The notes under the pieces were generated by a model. It was given only the letters and a program-made list of their open reading frames with translations. It was not told where the DNA came from and did not search any database. A DNA stretch of 64,000 nucleotides from Nitrospirota bacterium (lineage in GTDB: Bacteria; Nitrospirota; UBA9217): NCBI GenBank assembly GCA_963754875.1, contig CAVWHO010000014.1, positions 96,001 to 160,000 of the forward strand, in the 5' to 3' direction. Of the stretch, positions 37,463 to 48,283 are shown piece after piece. The first letter of the stretch is position 1. Each line of letters starts with the position of its first letter. The position numbers and the translations under genes are program-made.

Positions 37463-38590
37463 ATGCAAAACAACGACATTTTCACACACAATACAGCCCT
37501 CCATGACAGCGTCTACGGCTGCTATCGGGAGGAATGTTTCCACGAACTGCTCGCTTTCGAACGAAGGCGGCACGAGCGGTCCGGCAGGTCGTTCCTCGTG
37601 ATGATGCTGGATTTCACCGGCATTACCGACCTGAAGATGCGGCATGAAGCCGTCCGGGCCGTCATGAACGCTCTTTCTCTGCACACCCGGTCGACCGATA
37701 TCAAGGGTTGGTACTGGGGCGATAAAGTCCTGGGCGTCATCATGACGGAAATGCTCGTTATCGAGAAGGACGCCTTGAAGGGGAAGATCCTCCAGTACTT
37801 GCAGACCGGCTCGACACAAGAACTGCTCGACGTCATAAAAATGTCCTTTCATCAGTTTCCCGAGGACGGCAGGTTGAGCCATATGGTGGACGGCCCGTCT
37901 TGCCTGACCTTCTATGCCGACGTCGACAAGCAGAAACGGACCAAAATCAACAGCTACCGGATAAAAAGGACCATCGATGTCATCGGAAGCATTGCAGGGC
38001 TCGTGCTTTTTTCCCCCTTCTTCATCCTGATCGCGATCGGGATCAAACTGACTTCACGGGGGCCGCTGTTGTTCCGGCAGGAACGGGCCGGACAGTTCGG
38101 GGAGAAATTCATGTTTCTGAAATTCAGGAGCATGTACGTCAACAGTGACCAGGACGTCCACAGGGAGTTTGTCCAGAATTTCATTACCAGGAAACCGACC
38201 GGACAAGACAACGGGGGTAATTCCGGGAAAACGGTGTACAAAATCACGAAGGACAAGAGGGTCACGACCTTCGGGTACTTCCTGCGGAAGACGAGCCTCG
38301 ATGAACTCCCTCAGTTCCTGAATGTGCTCAAGGGAGATATGTCGTTGGTTGGGCCGAGGCCTCCCCTCCCGTATGAACTGGAGAAGTATGACAGCTGGCA
38401 CTGGCGCCGTATCATGGAGGTAAAACCGGGGATCACGGGTCTTTGGCAGGTCATGGGGAGGAGTTCAACCACCTTTGACGACATGGTGCGCCTGGACCTC
38501 AAATATGTTACGAATTGGTCGCTGTGGCTGGACATCATGATCCTGTTCAAAACTCCGCGGGCCGTTGTCAGCGGAAAAGGTGCCTATTAA
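37463..38590 (+). CDS. Priming glycosyl-phosphate transferase with N-terminal degenerate GGDEF-like domain
   Basis: KRTIDV, KFRSM, LRKTSLDELPQFLNVLKGDMSLVGPRP, KPGITGLWQV; N-terminal ERRR..R..FLVMMLD..RSTD. Confidence 0.9.
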   Translation: MQNNDIFTHNTALHDSVYGCYREECFHELLAFERRRHERSGRSFLVMMLDFTGITDLKMRHEAVRAVMNALSLHTRSTDIKGWYWGDKVLGVIMTEMLVIEKDALKGKILQYLQTGSTQELLDVIKMSFHQFPEDGRLSHMVDGPSCLTFYADVDKQKRTKINSYRIKRTIDVIGSIAGLVLFSPFFILIAIGIKLTSRGPLLFRQERAGQFGEKFMFLKFRSMYVNSDQDVHREFVQNFITRKPTGQDNGGNSGKTVYKITKDKRVTTFGYFLRKTSLDELPQFLNVLKGDMSLVGPRPPLPYELEKYDSWHWRRIMEVKPGITGLWQVMGRSSTTFDDMVRLDLKYVTNWSLWLDIMILFKTPRAVVSGKGAY

Positions 38591-38598
38591 TTTTTGAC

Positions 38599-39047
38599 CA
38601 TCTCCTTCTTGAATGGGTCGAAAAGACAGTTGATGTCAACGAGACAACACGCTTCTAGCTGCTTCACCTAGTCGCTTGTGGGTTTTTTGCACATCCCTTT
38701 CGCGTCCTGAATGAAATTTTTGACCCGTCTAAGGCCACGTCCGCTCGATCACGCAAACTCGGCCTACGGCCTCAGACAGTGCGCGCTCGCCCTTGCAGGA
38801 CGCTTCCTTAGGCCAAGACGGGTGCCCAAAAATTTCATAGGGCCGCTCCAGGGACGTGCGGATTGGGGTAAACCCCATGCGAAAATTTAGCCGGGCGACC
38901 GAGTCCGAGGGTGAAGCATTTCGGACTGTCTGAGCCAGAAGGGCGAGTTTCCGAAATGTACCGAGGACGACCGAGGCTGGCGTAAAGAATTTTCGCCGGG
39001 TGCCCTTCTTTGGGTCACCTTTCTTGGGCACGCAAGAAAGGTGACAA
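38599..39047. repeat. Structured dispersed repeat, copy 2
   Basis: Direct repeat of 32867-33407 with a different internal hairpin and no 42-bp inserts. Confidence 0.88.
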
Positions 39048-39233
39048 AGAATAAAGCCTTTTATATAACAGAAATAAACACACAGACAATTTAAGTACCC
39101 ACATAGAAGTCAGAAGACCCATTTATTTGTCGTACGCGGGGCAACGAAGAATAATCGTCGGGCAGTGACATGATATCCATAGTGATCTCGGGATAAAAAG
39201 AATTTAACATCAAGAGGCAGAGTCGGAGGGACA

Positions 39234-40235
39234 ATGATCAAGGTCGGCATCATAGGATACGGGTACTGGGGACCGAACATCGTGAGAAACTTCAGCAGCA
39301 CCGAGGGGAGCACGGTCCTGTCCATCTGCGACTGCGACCAGGCGGCCTTGCACCGGGCGCACCTGGCCCATCAGAACATTCCCGTAACGCATGACTGGAA
39401 CGACATCCTCTCTTCGTCAGAGATCGATGTGGTGGCCGTGGTCACGCCGGTTTCGACCCATTTCGAACTGGCGAAAAAGGCGCTTGAAAACGGAAAACAT
39501 GTGTTCGTGGAAAAGCCCTTTACGGCCACGGTTGCAGAGGCGGAGGAGTTGATAACGCTGGCAGAGAAAAAGAAGCTTACCATCATGGTGGACCATACGT
39601 TTATCTTTACCGGCGCGGTGAGAAAGATCAAGGAACTCGTGGAAGAGAAAGCCCTCGGAGACCTCTACTACTATGACTCGGTCAGGGTGAACCTTGGGCT
39701 GTTCCAGCGCGACGTGAATGTGATATGGGACCTCGCCCCCCATGACTTTGCCGTCATGGACTATCTCCTCGATGAAAGGCCCGTCGCCGTGTCCGCCTGC
39801 GGCAAAGCGCATGTAAACGGACAGGAGGACACCGCCTATGTCACGGCCCTGTTCAGCAATAACCTGATCGCCCACTTCAACGTCAACTGGCTGTCGCCGG
39901 TCAAAGTGAGGACCACGCTCATCGGCGGCGAGAAAAAGATGCTTGTCTGGAACGACCTGGAGGCGGACGAAAAGATCAAAATATATGATAAGGGTGTGGA
40001 GGTCAAGAGCAAGGAAGACGACTATACGATGCGCGTCAACTACCGCTCCGGCGACATGTATTCGCCCCGCGTCGAACCGAGCGAGGCGCTCAAGATAGAG
40101 ACAACGTATTTCCTGAAATGCATCAAACAGAATATGACGCCGATTAATGACGGCCGCGCCGGTCTGCGCGTTGTCAGGATGCTTGAGGCCTGCAGTGAAT
40201 CCCTCAGAAAAAAAGGGAGAGAGATAGCTTTATGA
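39234..40235 (+). CDS. Gfo/Idh/MocA oxidoreductase (WbpB/WlbA-like)
   Basis: [23 protein letters not shown]. Confidence 0.9.
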   Translation: MIKVGIIGYGYWGPNIVRNFSSTEGSTVLSICDCDQAALHRAHLAHQNIPVTHDWNDILSSSEIDVVAVVTPVSTHFELAKKALENGKHVFVEKPFTATVAEAEELITLAEKKKLTIMVDHTFIFTGAVRKIKELVEEKALGDLYYYDSVRVNLGLFQRDVNVIWDLAPHDFAVMDYLLDERPVAVSACGKAHVNGQEDTAYVTALFSNNLIAHFNVNWLSPVKVRTTLIGGEKKMLVWNDLEADEKIKIYDKGVEVKSKEDDYTMRVNYRSGDMYSPRVEPSEALKIETTYFLKCIKQNMTPINDGRAGLRVVRMLEACSESLRKKGREIAL

Positions 40236-40711
40236 AATATCACTCCATCGCAGACGACGTCCAACTCGGGAAAAACGTCAAGCTCGCCAATTTCATCAAC
40301 CTCTATGGGTGCGTCATCGGCGATAATACCAAGATCGGCACCTTCGTCGAGGTGCAGAAGAACGCCTTTATCGGGAAGAACTGCAAGATCCAGAGCCATA
40401 CGTTCATCTGTGAAGGGGTGACCATCGAGGACGACGTCTTCGTCGGCCACGGCGTCACGTTCATCAACGACAAGTACCCCCAAGCCACGAACGGCAAGGG
40501 AGGGCTGCAGACCGAGGCGGACTGGGCAGTGGTCCCCACCGTCGTAAAAAAAGGGGCCTCCGTCGGGTCCGGCTCGACGATCCTCTGCAACGTTACGATC
40601 GGAGAAAAGGCAATCGTCGGCTCGGGAAGCGTGGTCACGAAAGATGTTCCTCCCAACGCAATCGTTGCAGGAAATCCCGCCAGGATCATAAGGAAGATCG
40701 CCCATGAATGA
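40232..40711 (+). CDS. Hexapeptide-repeat N-acetyltransferase (WbpD/WlbB-like)
   Basis: [26 protein letters not shown]. Confidence 0.9.
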   Translation: MKYHSIADDVQLGKNVKLANFINLYGCVIGDNTKIGTFVEVQKNAFIGKNCKIQSHTFICEGVTIEDDVFVGHGVTFINDKYPQATNGKGGLQTEADWAVVPTVVKKGASVGSGSTILCNVTIGEKAIVGSGSVVTKDVPPNAIVAGNPARIIRKIAHE

Positions 40712-41984
40712 CCGGATACCTTTTATCGATTTAGCGCTGCAGCACCGCGAGTTGGAATGGGAGTTCGTCGCCGTCTTTCGCGATGCGCTCAAGACCGGCC
40801 AGTTCATCGGCGGGCCGATGGTCGAGGCATTCGAGAGGGACTTCGCAGCGTTCTGCGGCACGAAGCATGCGATAGGGGTAGGCAGCGGAACGGATGCCCT
40901 GCGCTTCGCCCTGATCGCGGCGGGTGTGAAGCACGGCGATGTGGTGCTGACCGTGCCGAATACCTTCATAGCAACGACGGAGGCAGTCTCGCAAGCGGGT
41001 GCGGACGTCGAATTCATCGATGTCGATGAAAGAACGTACAACATGGATACGGAGAAACTTCGTACGTTCCTGATGAATGAGTGCGTGTTCGAGTTCGCGA
41101 CAGGCTTGACCGTCCATCGTCAAACCGGGAAAACAATCAAGGCGATAATCCCCGTACATCTCTACGGCCAGACTGTTGACATGGACGGGATCCGGGAGCT
41201 GGCAAAACAGTACGGGCTCATCATCATAGAAGACGCCTGCCAGGCCCACGGCGCCCTCTATTTTTCGAAAAGCGCAAACAAATGGGAAAAGGCGGGCGCC
41301 ATGGGGAGGGCGGCTGCGTTCAGCTTCTATCCCGGCAAAAACCTTGGGGCCTTCGGAGAAGCCGGCGCAATCACGACCAACGACGATCAGATAGCCGGGA
41401 CGGTGCGGATGCTGCGCGACCACGGCCAGAGCAAGAAATATTATCATGAATTGGAAGGGTACAACGGGAGGCTCGATGCAATCCAGGCCGGCATCCTGCA
41501 GATCAAGCTTCAACACCTTGCATCATGGAACGAGGACCGGAGACGGATCGCACAACGCTATAATGAAATGCTTGCATCGATCGACGGCGTCATTGTTCCG
41601 TTCGAGCCTGAATGGTGCCAGGCCGTCTACCATTTATACGTGGTCCGGACAAAACACCGGGATGCCCTCCAGTCATTCCTTGCGGAGAGGCATATATCGA
41701 CCGGCCTTCACTACCCGATCCCCCTACACCAGCAGAAAGCCTATGGAGCCGCGAAATTTTCCAATAGAAATCTTGGCGTCTCGGAGCGGGTTGCGCAGGA
41801 AATCCTTTCCCTGCCCATTTTCCCGGGCATGACGGAACAGCAGCAGTACCAGGTTGTGGACGGCATCCGGGATTTTATGATTTCCGCGGCCCTGCAAGAA
41901 GTTGCTAATAAAAAAACAATTGCTCTTACCACGACGACGCCAGATGGTCAACAAAATCCGGAATCTTCCTCATTACAGACGTGA
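40704..41984 (+). CDS. DegT/DnrJ/EryC1/StrS aminotransferase (WbpE/WlbC-like)
   Basis: [36 protein letters not shown]. Confidence 0.94.
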   Translation: MNDRIPFIDLALQHRELEWEFVAVFRDALKTGQFIGGPMVEAFERDFAAFCGTKHAIGVGSGTDALRFALIAAGVKHGDVVLTVPNTFIATTEAVSQAGADVEFIDVDERTYNMDTEKLRTFLMNECVFEFATGLTVHRQTGKTIKAIIPVHLYGQTVDMDGIRELAKQYGLIIIEDACQAHGALYFSKSANKWEKAGAMGRAAAFSFYPGKNLGAFGEAGAITTNDDQIAGTVRMLRDHGQSKKYYHELEGYNGRLDAIQAGILQIKLQHLASWNEDRRRIAQRYNEMLASIDGVIVPFEPEWCQAVYHLYVVRTKHRDALQSFLAERHISTGLHYPIPLHQQKAYGAAKFSNRNLGVSERVAQEILSLPIFPGMTEQQQYQVVDGIRDFMISAALQEVANKKTIALTTTTPDGQQNPESSSLQT

Positions 41985-42166
41985 AACACCTTGCGTCCTT
42001 CGTAGTCACGCATCTTATGATAATTGGAAAGAGGATGGTTGAGTCTGGAATACTCCTCGTTCAACTGATTTGCTGATTACCTCTGTACGCAAATCACAAA
42101 TCCATGTCAGGTAAATTTAATTATTTCTTCGAATATTGAAGGTTCACGTCTTATTGACCGAATAAC

Positions 42167-43213
42167 ATGCCCATGATTGATGACCTTGAAATCATAAATC
42201 CGATCGAGTACCCAGGTTGGGACGACCTGCTATTCTCCCATCCCGATTACTCCTTCTTTCATACATCGCACTGGGCGAGCGTGCTGCATGACTCCTACGG
42301 CTATCAGCCCCGTTACTTCGCGATCATCGACCAAAAAAAAATGTCCGCCTGCATCCCCGTCATGGAGGTCCGAAGCGCCCTCACAGGAACGCGGGGGGTG
42401 TCCCTGCCGTTCACTGATTACTGCATTCCCCTTGTTTCTGCCACTTACTCACTGGACGACATGTTTTCTAGTCTCGTGCAATACGGTGCAAAGACAGGCT
42501 GGCAATCTATTGAAATGCGCGGCGGAGAAAAACTTCCACAGCACTGGCCGTGTCATTCCAGCTTCTACGGTCATACGCTCGATCTTCGTTCTTCGGAAGA
42601 AACCCTTTTTTCAAACATCAAGGACAGCACCCGGAGAAACATCAGAAAAGCGCAGCGGGAAGAGGTAACGGTCTTCATGAGCAGCGTTCCCGAAGCGACG
42701 GAGGAATTCTACCGTCTAAACTGCATCACCAGAAAAGCGCACGGTCTACCACCGCAGCCGGCCTGTTTCTTCAAGAAAATTCAAGAGCATGTCCTCTCCA
42801 AGGGCCATGGTTTCATCGCGCTCGCCCGCCATAAAGGCAATGCTATTGCCGGCGCCGTCTATTTCCAATTCGGAAAGCGTGTAATGTATAAGTATGGCGC
42901 ATCGGATTTGCGGTACCTGCATTTGAGGCCGAACGATCTGGTCATGTGGGATGCTATCAGATGGTCTCAAAGTCAAGGATATGCTAGCCTGTGCTTCGGC
43001 AGGACCGAGCCGGAGAATGCTGGGCTGCGGGCCTTTAAAAACGGATGGGGTACTGAAGAAAGGGTTGTCCGTTATGCCCTGTACGATATAAAGCAAGAGC
43101 AGTTCATGACCGGCGACGCGACCGCAAGGACCGTGAGCGCGGCGATACTGAGGAGGATGCCGGTACCTTTCTTGAAAATTATCGGCAATGCATTGTACAG
43201 GCATGTGGGATGA
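42167..43213 (+). CDS. FemAB-like GNAT acyltransferase
   Basis: SLPFTDY, RRNIRKA, FGRT..GLRAFKNGWG. Confidence 0.85.
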   Translation: MPMIDDLEIINPIEYPGWDDLLFSHPDYSFFHTSHWASVLHDSYGYQPRYFAIIDQKKMSACIPVMEVRSALTGTRGVSLPFTDYCIPLVSATYSLDDMFSSLVQYGAKTGWQSIEMRGGEKLPQHWPCHSSFYGHTLDLRSSEETLFSNIKDSTRRNIRKAQREEVTVFMSSVPEATEEFYRLNCITRKAHGLPPQPACFFKKIQEHVLSKGHGFIALARHKGNAIAGAVYFQFGKRVMYKYGASDLRYLHLRPNDLVMWDAIRWSQSQGYASLCFGRTEPENAGLRAFKNGWGTEERVVRYALYDIKQEQFMTGDATARTVSAAILRRMPVPFLKIIGNALYRHVG

Positions 43214-44196
43214 GCCGGGAAACCGAAAGGATAGGGACGTTGGCCGCAGATTATCGCAGTAACATATCTTATTATCATTTTGTAAAACCATTTATCCCGC
43301 GAAAGGTACAGATATTTTTGCGGAGAATGCTCATCCGGTACCAAATGAAGAAGTATAAGGACATCTGGCCCATTGATGAAAAAGCCGGGAAGGCCCCGCA
43401 GGGGTGGTCCGGATGGCCCGACAACAAAAAATTCGTCCTGGTTCTCACACACGATGTCGATACCGCGGTCGGTCATGAACGGTGCCTTGATCTCGCCATG
43501 ATGGAGGAACGGCTGGGATTCCGGTCGTCGTTCAATTTTGTTCCGTTGAGATACGATGTTTCGGCAGAGGTCAGGTCAACGCTCGAGCAGCGGGGGTTTG
43601 AAGTAGGTGTGCACGGCCTCTATCACGACGGAAAGTACTACCGGTCGAAGGAAATATTTCGCAAGCGTGTACAAAAGATCAATGAGTATCTCAAAGAATG
43701 GAAGTGCGCAGGGTACCGGGCACCATGCATGTACCATAAATTGGACTGGTTTCATGAGCTTAATATAGAATATGACGCTTCAACGTTCGACAATGACCCC
43801 TTTGAGCCTTATTCGGCCGGGGTGGGAACGATCTTCCCCTTTGTCGTCACCTGCGACGAGACGAAACGCTCCTTTGTGGAACTGCCGTACACTCTTCCTC
43901 AGGATTATACGCTATTTATTCTTATGCAAATGAACTCTATTGATGTCTGGAAAATGAAGCTGGAGTGGGTTATCAAACACGGGGGAACTGTTCTTGTGAA
44001 CACGCATCCCGACTATATGAACTTCAAGGGGAGAAAAAAAAGCACTCAAGAATACTCGGCCTGTTATTATCAAGATCTCCTTACATACATTCAGTCGAAA
44101 TACTCGGGGCAATATTGGCATGTATTGCCGAAGGACTTGGCGCGTTTCTGGCGGCAGAATTATGTCATGGTGAACAAGCCACGGCAGAGGGTTTGA
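43210..44196 (+). CDS. Polysaccharide deacetylase-like protein
   Basis: LTHDVD, EVGVHG, GYRAP, ELPYTLPQD, HPDY. Confidence 0.85.
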   Translation: MSRETERIGTLAADYRSNISYYHFVKPFIPRKVQIFLRRMLIRYQMKKYKDIWPIDEKAGKAPQGWSGWPDNKKFVLVLTHDVDTAVGHERCLDLAMMEERLGFRSSFNFVPLRYDVSAEVRSTLEQRGFEVGVHGLYHDGKYYRSKEIFRKRVQKINEYLKEWKCAGYRAPCMYHKLDWFHELNIEYDASTFDNDPFEPYSAGVGTIFPFVVTCDETKRSFVELPYTLPQDYTLFILMQMNSIDVWKMKLEWVIKHGGTVLVNTHPDYMNFKGRKKSTQEYSACYYQDLLTYIQSKYSGQYWHVLPKDLARFWRQNYVMVNKPRQRV

Positions 44197-44272
44197 AACT
44201 GTGAAGACCTTATTTAAATCCACGGACAGAATCTTTGAGAGTTTTAGTAGGTTTTCCCTCCTTAGATAACAT

Positions 44273-45334
44273 ATGAAAGGGAATCGCACTGTGCCAGAAA
44301 ATCATAGAGGCAAGATTTGGATAGATTTGGATAATTCTCCCCACGTTCCTTTTTTCAAACCCATTATGGAACGACTGAGGGGCCATGGCTACGAAATTGT
44401 TCTTACGGCAAGGGATTGTTTTCAAACATGCGGTCTTGCAGACCTCTATGGCATGAATTACAAGAAGATCGGCAAACATTTTGGCAAGAACAAGGTCCTT
44501 AAGGTCTTGGGGCTTGTGATTCGAACGATACAGCTCATGCCCACGGTGTTAAAAGAGAAGCCAAACTTGGCATTATCTCACGGTTCCAGGGCCCAAATGT
44601 TCGCGGCGTTCCTGTTAAGGATTCCTTCAGTTGTAATAAGTGATTACGAATATACAAAAAAAATATTCAATCCCACATGGCAAATCATGCCGGAAGTAAT
44701 CAACACAGACAAGCTTTCTAATAAAAAAAATGTTTTAAAATATCCTGGTATTAAAGAAGATGTTTATGCCCCAGATTTCAAGCCTGCCGCCGATATTCGT
44801 CAGGAATTCGGAATTAGCGAAGACGAGTACATCATAACCGTGCGGCCCCCTGCAACGGAAGCTCATTACCATAACCCCGAAAGCGAGAAACTATTTGAAG
44901 CAGCAATAGAATTTCTCTGCAATAAGGAAAATACGCGTATTATTATGCTGCCGCGCAATGATCGGCAGAAGAACATGATTAATAACAAGTGGTCGCGATG
45001 GTGCAAGGATAAAAAAATAATAATTCCCGAGCAAGTTCTAAACGGGCTTAATCTTATCTGGTACTCGGACTTTGTGATCAGTGGCGGCGGCACGATGAAT
45101 AGAGAGGCTGCCGCATTAAGGGTGCCGGTTTACAGCGTCTTTAGAGGGAAAATCGGAGATGTAGACCGGTACTTGTCGGGAAATGGCTTCCTGACCTTGT
45201 TGGAGAGCATAAATGATGTTCAAACGAAAATCAGGTTAGTGAAGCGGCATCGAGTAAAAACATCGATGGATGTTAATCATAAGGCCTTGACCAGTATCGT
45301 AGATGAGATTATATCCGTCATGGAAACGCAATGA
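44273..45334 (+). CDS. DUF354 family GT-B glycosyltransferase-like protein
   Basis: IWIDLDNSPHVPFF, SHGS, GGGTMNREAA. Confidence 0.85.
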   Translation: MKGNRTVPENHRGKIWIDLDNSPHVPFFKPIMERLRGHGYEIVLTARDCFQTCGLADLYGMNYKKIGKHFGKNKVLKVLGLVIRTIQLMPTVLKEKPNLALSHGSRAQMFAAFLLRIPSVVISDYEYTKKIFNPTWQIMPEVINTDKLSNKKNVLKYPGIKEDVYAPDFKPAADIRQEFGISEDEYIITVRPPATEAHYHNPESEKLFEAAIEFLCNKENTRIIMLPRNDRQKNMINNKWSRWCKDKKIIIPEQVLNGLNLIWYSDFVISGGGTMNREAAALRVPVYSVFRGKIGDVDRYLSGNGFLTLLESINDVQTKIRLVKRHRVKTSMDVNHKALTSIVDEIISVMETQ

Positions 45335-45353
45335 AATGGAGAATTACTGAGCC

Positions 45354-46448
45354 ATGGTGATTCATCTTGTATGTGCCGCTAGACCCAATTTTATGAAAGT
45401 AGCTCCTCTCTATCACGCGCTCAAGAAAGAGCGCTGGGCCGACCCGGTTCTTGTCCATACGGGCCAGCACTATGATCTCAATATGTCCGATGCCTTTTTC
45501 GATGATCTCGGTCTGCCACATCCGGACATTTATCTTGATGTGAAAAGTGGTTCCCATGCGGAGCAAACCGGCAGAGTCATGATGTCCTATGAAAAGGTTT
45601 TGCAAGAGAAGAGGCCTGACTTGGTAGTAGTTGTCGGAGATGTGAACTCAACCATGGCCGCAACTATTGCGGCATCCAAATTGGGCATCAGGGTAGCCCA
45701 TCTGGAGGCTGGACTGCGGTCTTTCGACAGAACTATGCCGGAAGAGCTAAACAGACTGGTTACCGATGTTCTAGCGGATATACTGTGGGTACCTTCACGA
45801 GATGCAGCTGAAAATTTATATAAAGAAGGGATATCTTCGGATAAAATCCAATTTGTGGGTAATATTATGATAGATTCCCTTGAAATGTTGCGAACAAAGA
45901 TTGAAAACCAAAAAACATTTTTTGACTTTGGTCTGGAAGCGGGAGATTATGGTGTGGTAACCCTGCATCGTCCGTCGAACGTAGATGATCCGATTGTGTT
46001 GAAAAAAGTTTGCGATGTCCTTCAGGAAATTGCGAAAAGAGTACCCCTTATTTTCCCTGTTCATCCGAGGACACGAAAAAAAATGGAGGAGAATCAACTC
46101 CTGTCCACGATGGAACGTTGCGAGAAACTGTTCATGCCAGAACCTCTCAACTACATTCGTTTCATGAATCTGGTTTTCAACTGTCGCCTCGTGATCACAG
46201 ACTCCGGCGGTATTCAGGAGGAAACGACCTATCTCGGCATTCCATGCCTCACGGTTAGGAAAAATACCGAGAGGCCGATCACCATTACTCACGGTACAAA
46301 TCAACTGTGCAATCTAGATCAGTTGAAACGAAAAACTGATGAGGTTTCTCAAGGCCCTCTCAGGGAACGAAAGAGTATCGAGCTTTGGGATGGGAAAACA
46401 GCGGGAAGGATAGTTGCTGTCATCCGATCGAATAATTTCTATAATTAA
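45354..46448 (+). CDS. wecB: UDP-N-acetylglucosamine 2-epimerase family, non-hydrolysing (WecB/WbpI-like)
   Basis: ARPNFMK, HTGQHYD, GDVNST, HLEAGLRS, TDSGGIQEE. Confidence 0.93.
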   Translation: MVIHLVCAARPNFMKVAPLYHALKKERWADPVLVHTGQHYDLNMSDAFFDDLGLPHPDIYLDVKSGSHAEQTGRVMMSYEKVLQEKRPDLVVVVGDVNSTMAATIAASKLGIRVAHLEAGLRSFDRTMPEELNRLVTDVLADILWVPSRDAAENLYKEGISSDKIQFVGNIMIDSLEMLRTKIENQKTFFDFGLEAGDYGVVTLHRPSNVDDPIVLKKVCDVLQEIAKRVPLIFPVHPRTRKKMEENQLLSTMERCEKLFMPEPLNYIRFMNLVFNCRLVITDSGGIQEETTYLGIPCLTVRKNTERPITITHGTNQLCNLDQLKRKTDEVSQGPLRERKSIELWDGKTAGRIVAVIRSNNFYN

Positions 46449-46774
46449 TATTTGCGATCCGTGATAGGCAATACGTGATTCGCTATCTCTTCTGTGATAC
46501 TTCGGCTCATGGCAATTTATGTATCTGTGCTTTAATGGCCGTGGAGACATAAAGATATTGTCACAGATCAAATGCGGGTTTAGTGAATACGAATGGCGTG
46601 ACAGTAGTGCGTAAACAGCGAGGATCAATGCGTCTGTTACCAGCCTCCGAGAATACTGACTAAAGAATGGCTAGGAAGGTTTCGATTCATACGATACATG
46701 GAACAAGCGCATATTCAATCATACCAGAATATTAGGCAACTCTAAGTATTTTGCCAAGATTCGAGGAATTTTCA

Positions 46775-47860
46775 ATGCTACGAATTATCTTCACTCTAGA
46801 CTATGAAATCCATGGAAATGGAGATGGCAATCCCAATGACTTGATGATCGAACCTACTGACAGACTCCTTCGCCTGTGTGATGAATATGGTGCCAAACTG
46901 ACAATTATGGCGGATGTGGCCGAGATATTGAAATTCAAAGAATACAAAGATCAATACGGACGCGACGATTATTGCTACGATGCCATTGTGGATCAGCTTC
47001 GCCGCGCGATCAAAAGCGGCCATGATGTTCAGATGCACATTCATTCAGGTTATTTTAATGCGATGCACAAAAATGGGTGTTGGATCCAGGATTGGTCGGA
47101 ATACAACTTTGCCGGTTTGTCTTTCGAGCGCATGGACTGGATGGTCATGGTCTGCAAACAGTTTCTCGATTCGCTTCTTAGACCAGTAGACCCTATCTAC
47201 CGCTGTATTGCCTTTCGCGCGCCCAACTGGTCGGTTAGCCCATCCAAGAACGTCGTTCGGGCGTTAGTCAATAATGACATCAAGATTGATACGTCCATAT
47301 TTAAATATGGCTACCGGAACGACATCGTGGCTTTCGATTACTCTCGGGCTTATAGCCAGATCGTTCCTTGGCGGGCACAAGAAGACGATATCTGCAGTCG
47401 TGATGATAACAGCCGGCTCTGGGAATTGCCTATCTACTCAGAAAAACGCTGGATCGGTGCGTTTCTGACGTCAAACCGCATCTACCGTGCTCTCATAAGT
47501 TGGCGTCACCAAGTGCGCAGCAAAGATAGACATAGCACCCCAAAGGATAATGCCGCCCTGCACATGCGTAAAGGGGTGTGGATGGACAGCGTCTTTCAGA
47601 GACACGCCTGGAAAGCTGACTTCAACCAGTGCATGAGCAAACAGTTGATAAATGCGTTGCAGAGGGCATCTGACAAGTATGATCGTCAAAAAGACAGGAT
47701 GCTCCCATTTGTTCTCATAGGTCATTCAAAGCTGTTTACTAAGCGAAATGAACGAAGCCTTACAGCTTTTCTCGTTCATTGTGCAAGACACCCTGATAAA
47801 TTTGAGTTTGACAATTTAAGCGAGATAAATCGAGCCGAAAAACAGTGGGAAACACTTTGA
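46775..47860 (+). CDS. Polysaccharide deacetylase-like protein
   Basis: FTLDYE, GHDVQMHIH, FRAPNW, LIGHSK. Confidence 0.8.
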   Translation: MLRIIFTLDYEIHGNGDGNPNDLMIEPTDRLLRLCDEYGAKLTIMADVAEILKFKEYKDQYGRDDYCYDAIVDQLRRAIKSGHDVQMHIHSGYFNAMHKNGCWIQDWSEYNFAGLSFERMDWMVMVCKQFLDSLLRPVDPIYRCIAFRAPNWSVSPSKNVVRALVNNDIKIDTSIFKYGYRNDIVAFDYSRAYSQIVPWRAQEDDICSRDDNSRLWELPIYSEKRWIGAFLTSNRIYRALISWRHQVRSKDRHSTPKDNAALHMRKGVWMDSVFQRHAWKADFNQCMSKQLINALQRASDKYDRQKDRMLPFVLIGHSKLFTKRNERSLTAFLVHCARHPDKFEFDNLSEINRAEKQWETL

Positions 47861-48009
47861 AGCCCAGTCGAGCCTCATTATTTGAGTCCCCAGACGATTT
47901 ACTTTACCATAAGTCTTACGGAACTAATAAAAACGCACTACGTTATGTTACAAAGTCGCTTGATCTTGTGTTTGAACCAGGTGTAACCCAGATTGCATCA
48001 AGATTGTAG

Positions 48010-48158
48010 AACCACCGTTTGGTGGTTTATTCGTATTATATAAGCTGTGGCACCTAGGGAAACCGCGTAAGCATGGCTGGCATCAACGCAGACATGATTC
48101 GTGAATATGTCAGGAACAGTAAGAGAAAGAAGTTGAAGAAGGACAAAAAAAGTTTATA
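48010..48158 (+). mobile_element. Degenerate IS200/IS605 tnpA remnant
   Basis: Hairpin aaccacc-gttt-ggtggtt, then VSMAGINADMIREYVRN, resembling the TnpA C-terminus (VSTVG..IRxYVRNQ); frameshifted. Confidence 0.55.
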
Positions 48159-48283
48159 AAAGGGCAGCAGGGATGACATTGTTAGGAGTTGTCGCACTCT
48201 AGGGAAACACCAACAAGATAGGTGGTCGATTATTATTCAGGAGCCAATAAGTAACCTGGTGGTTTGAGATCGAAAGTGAAAAA

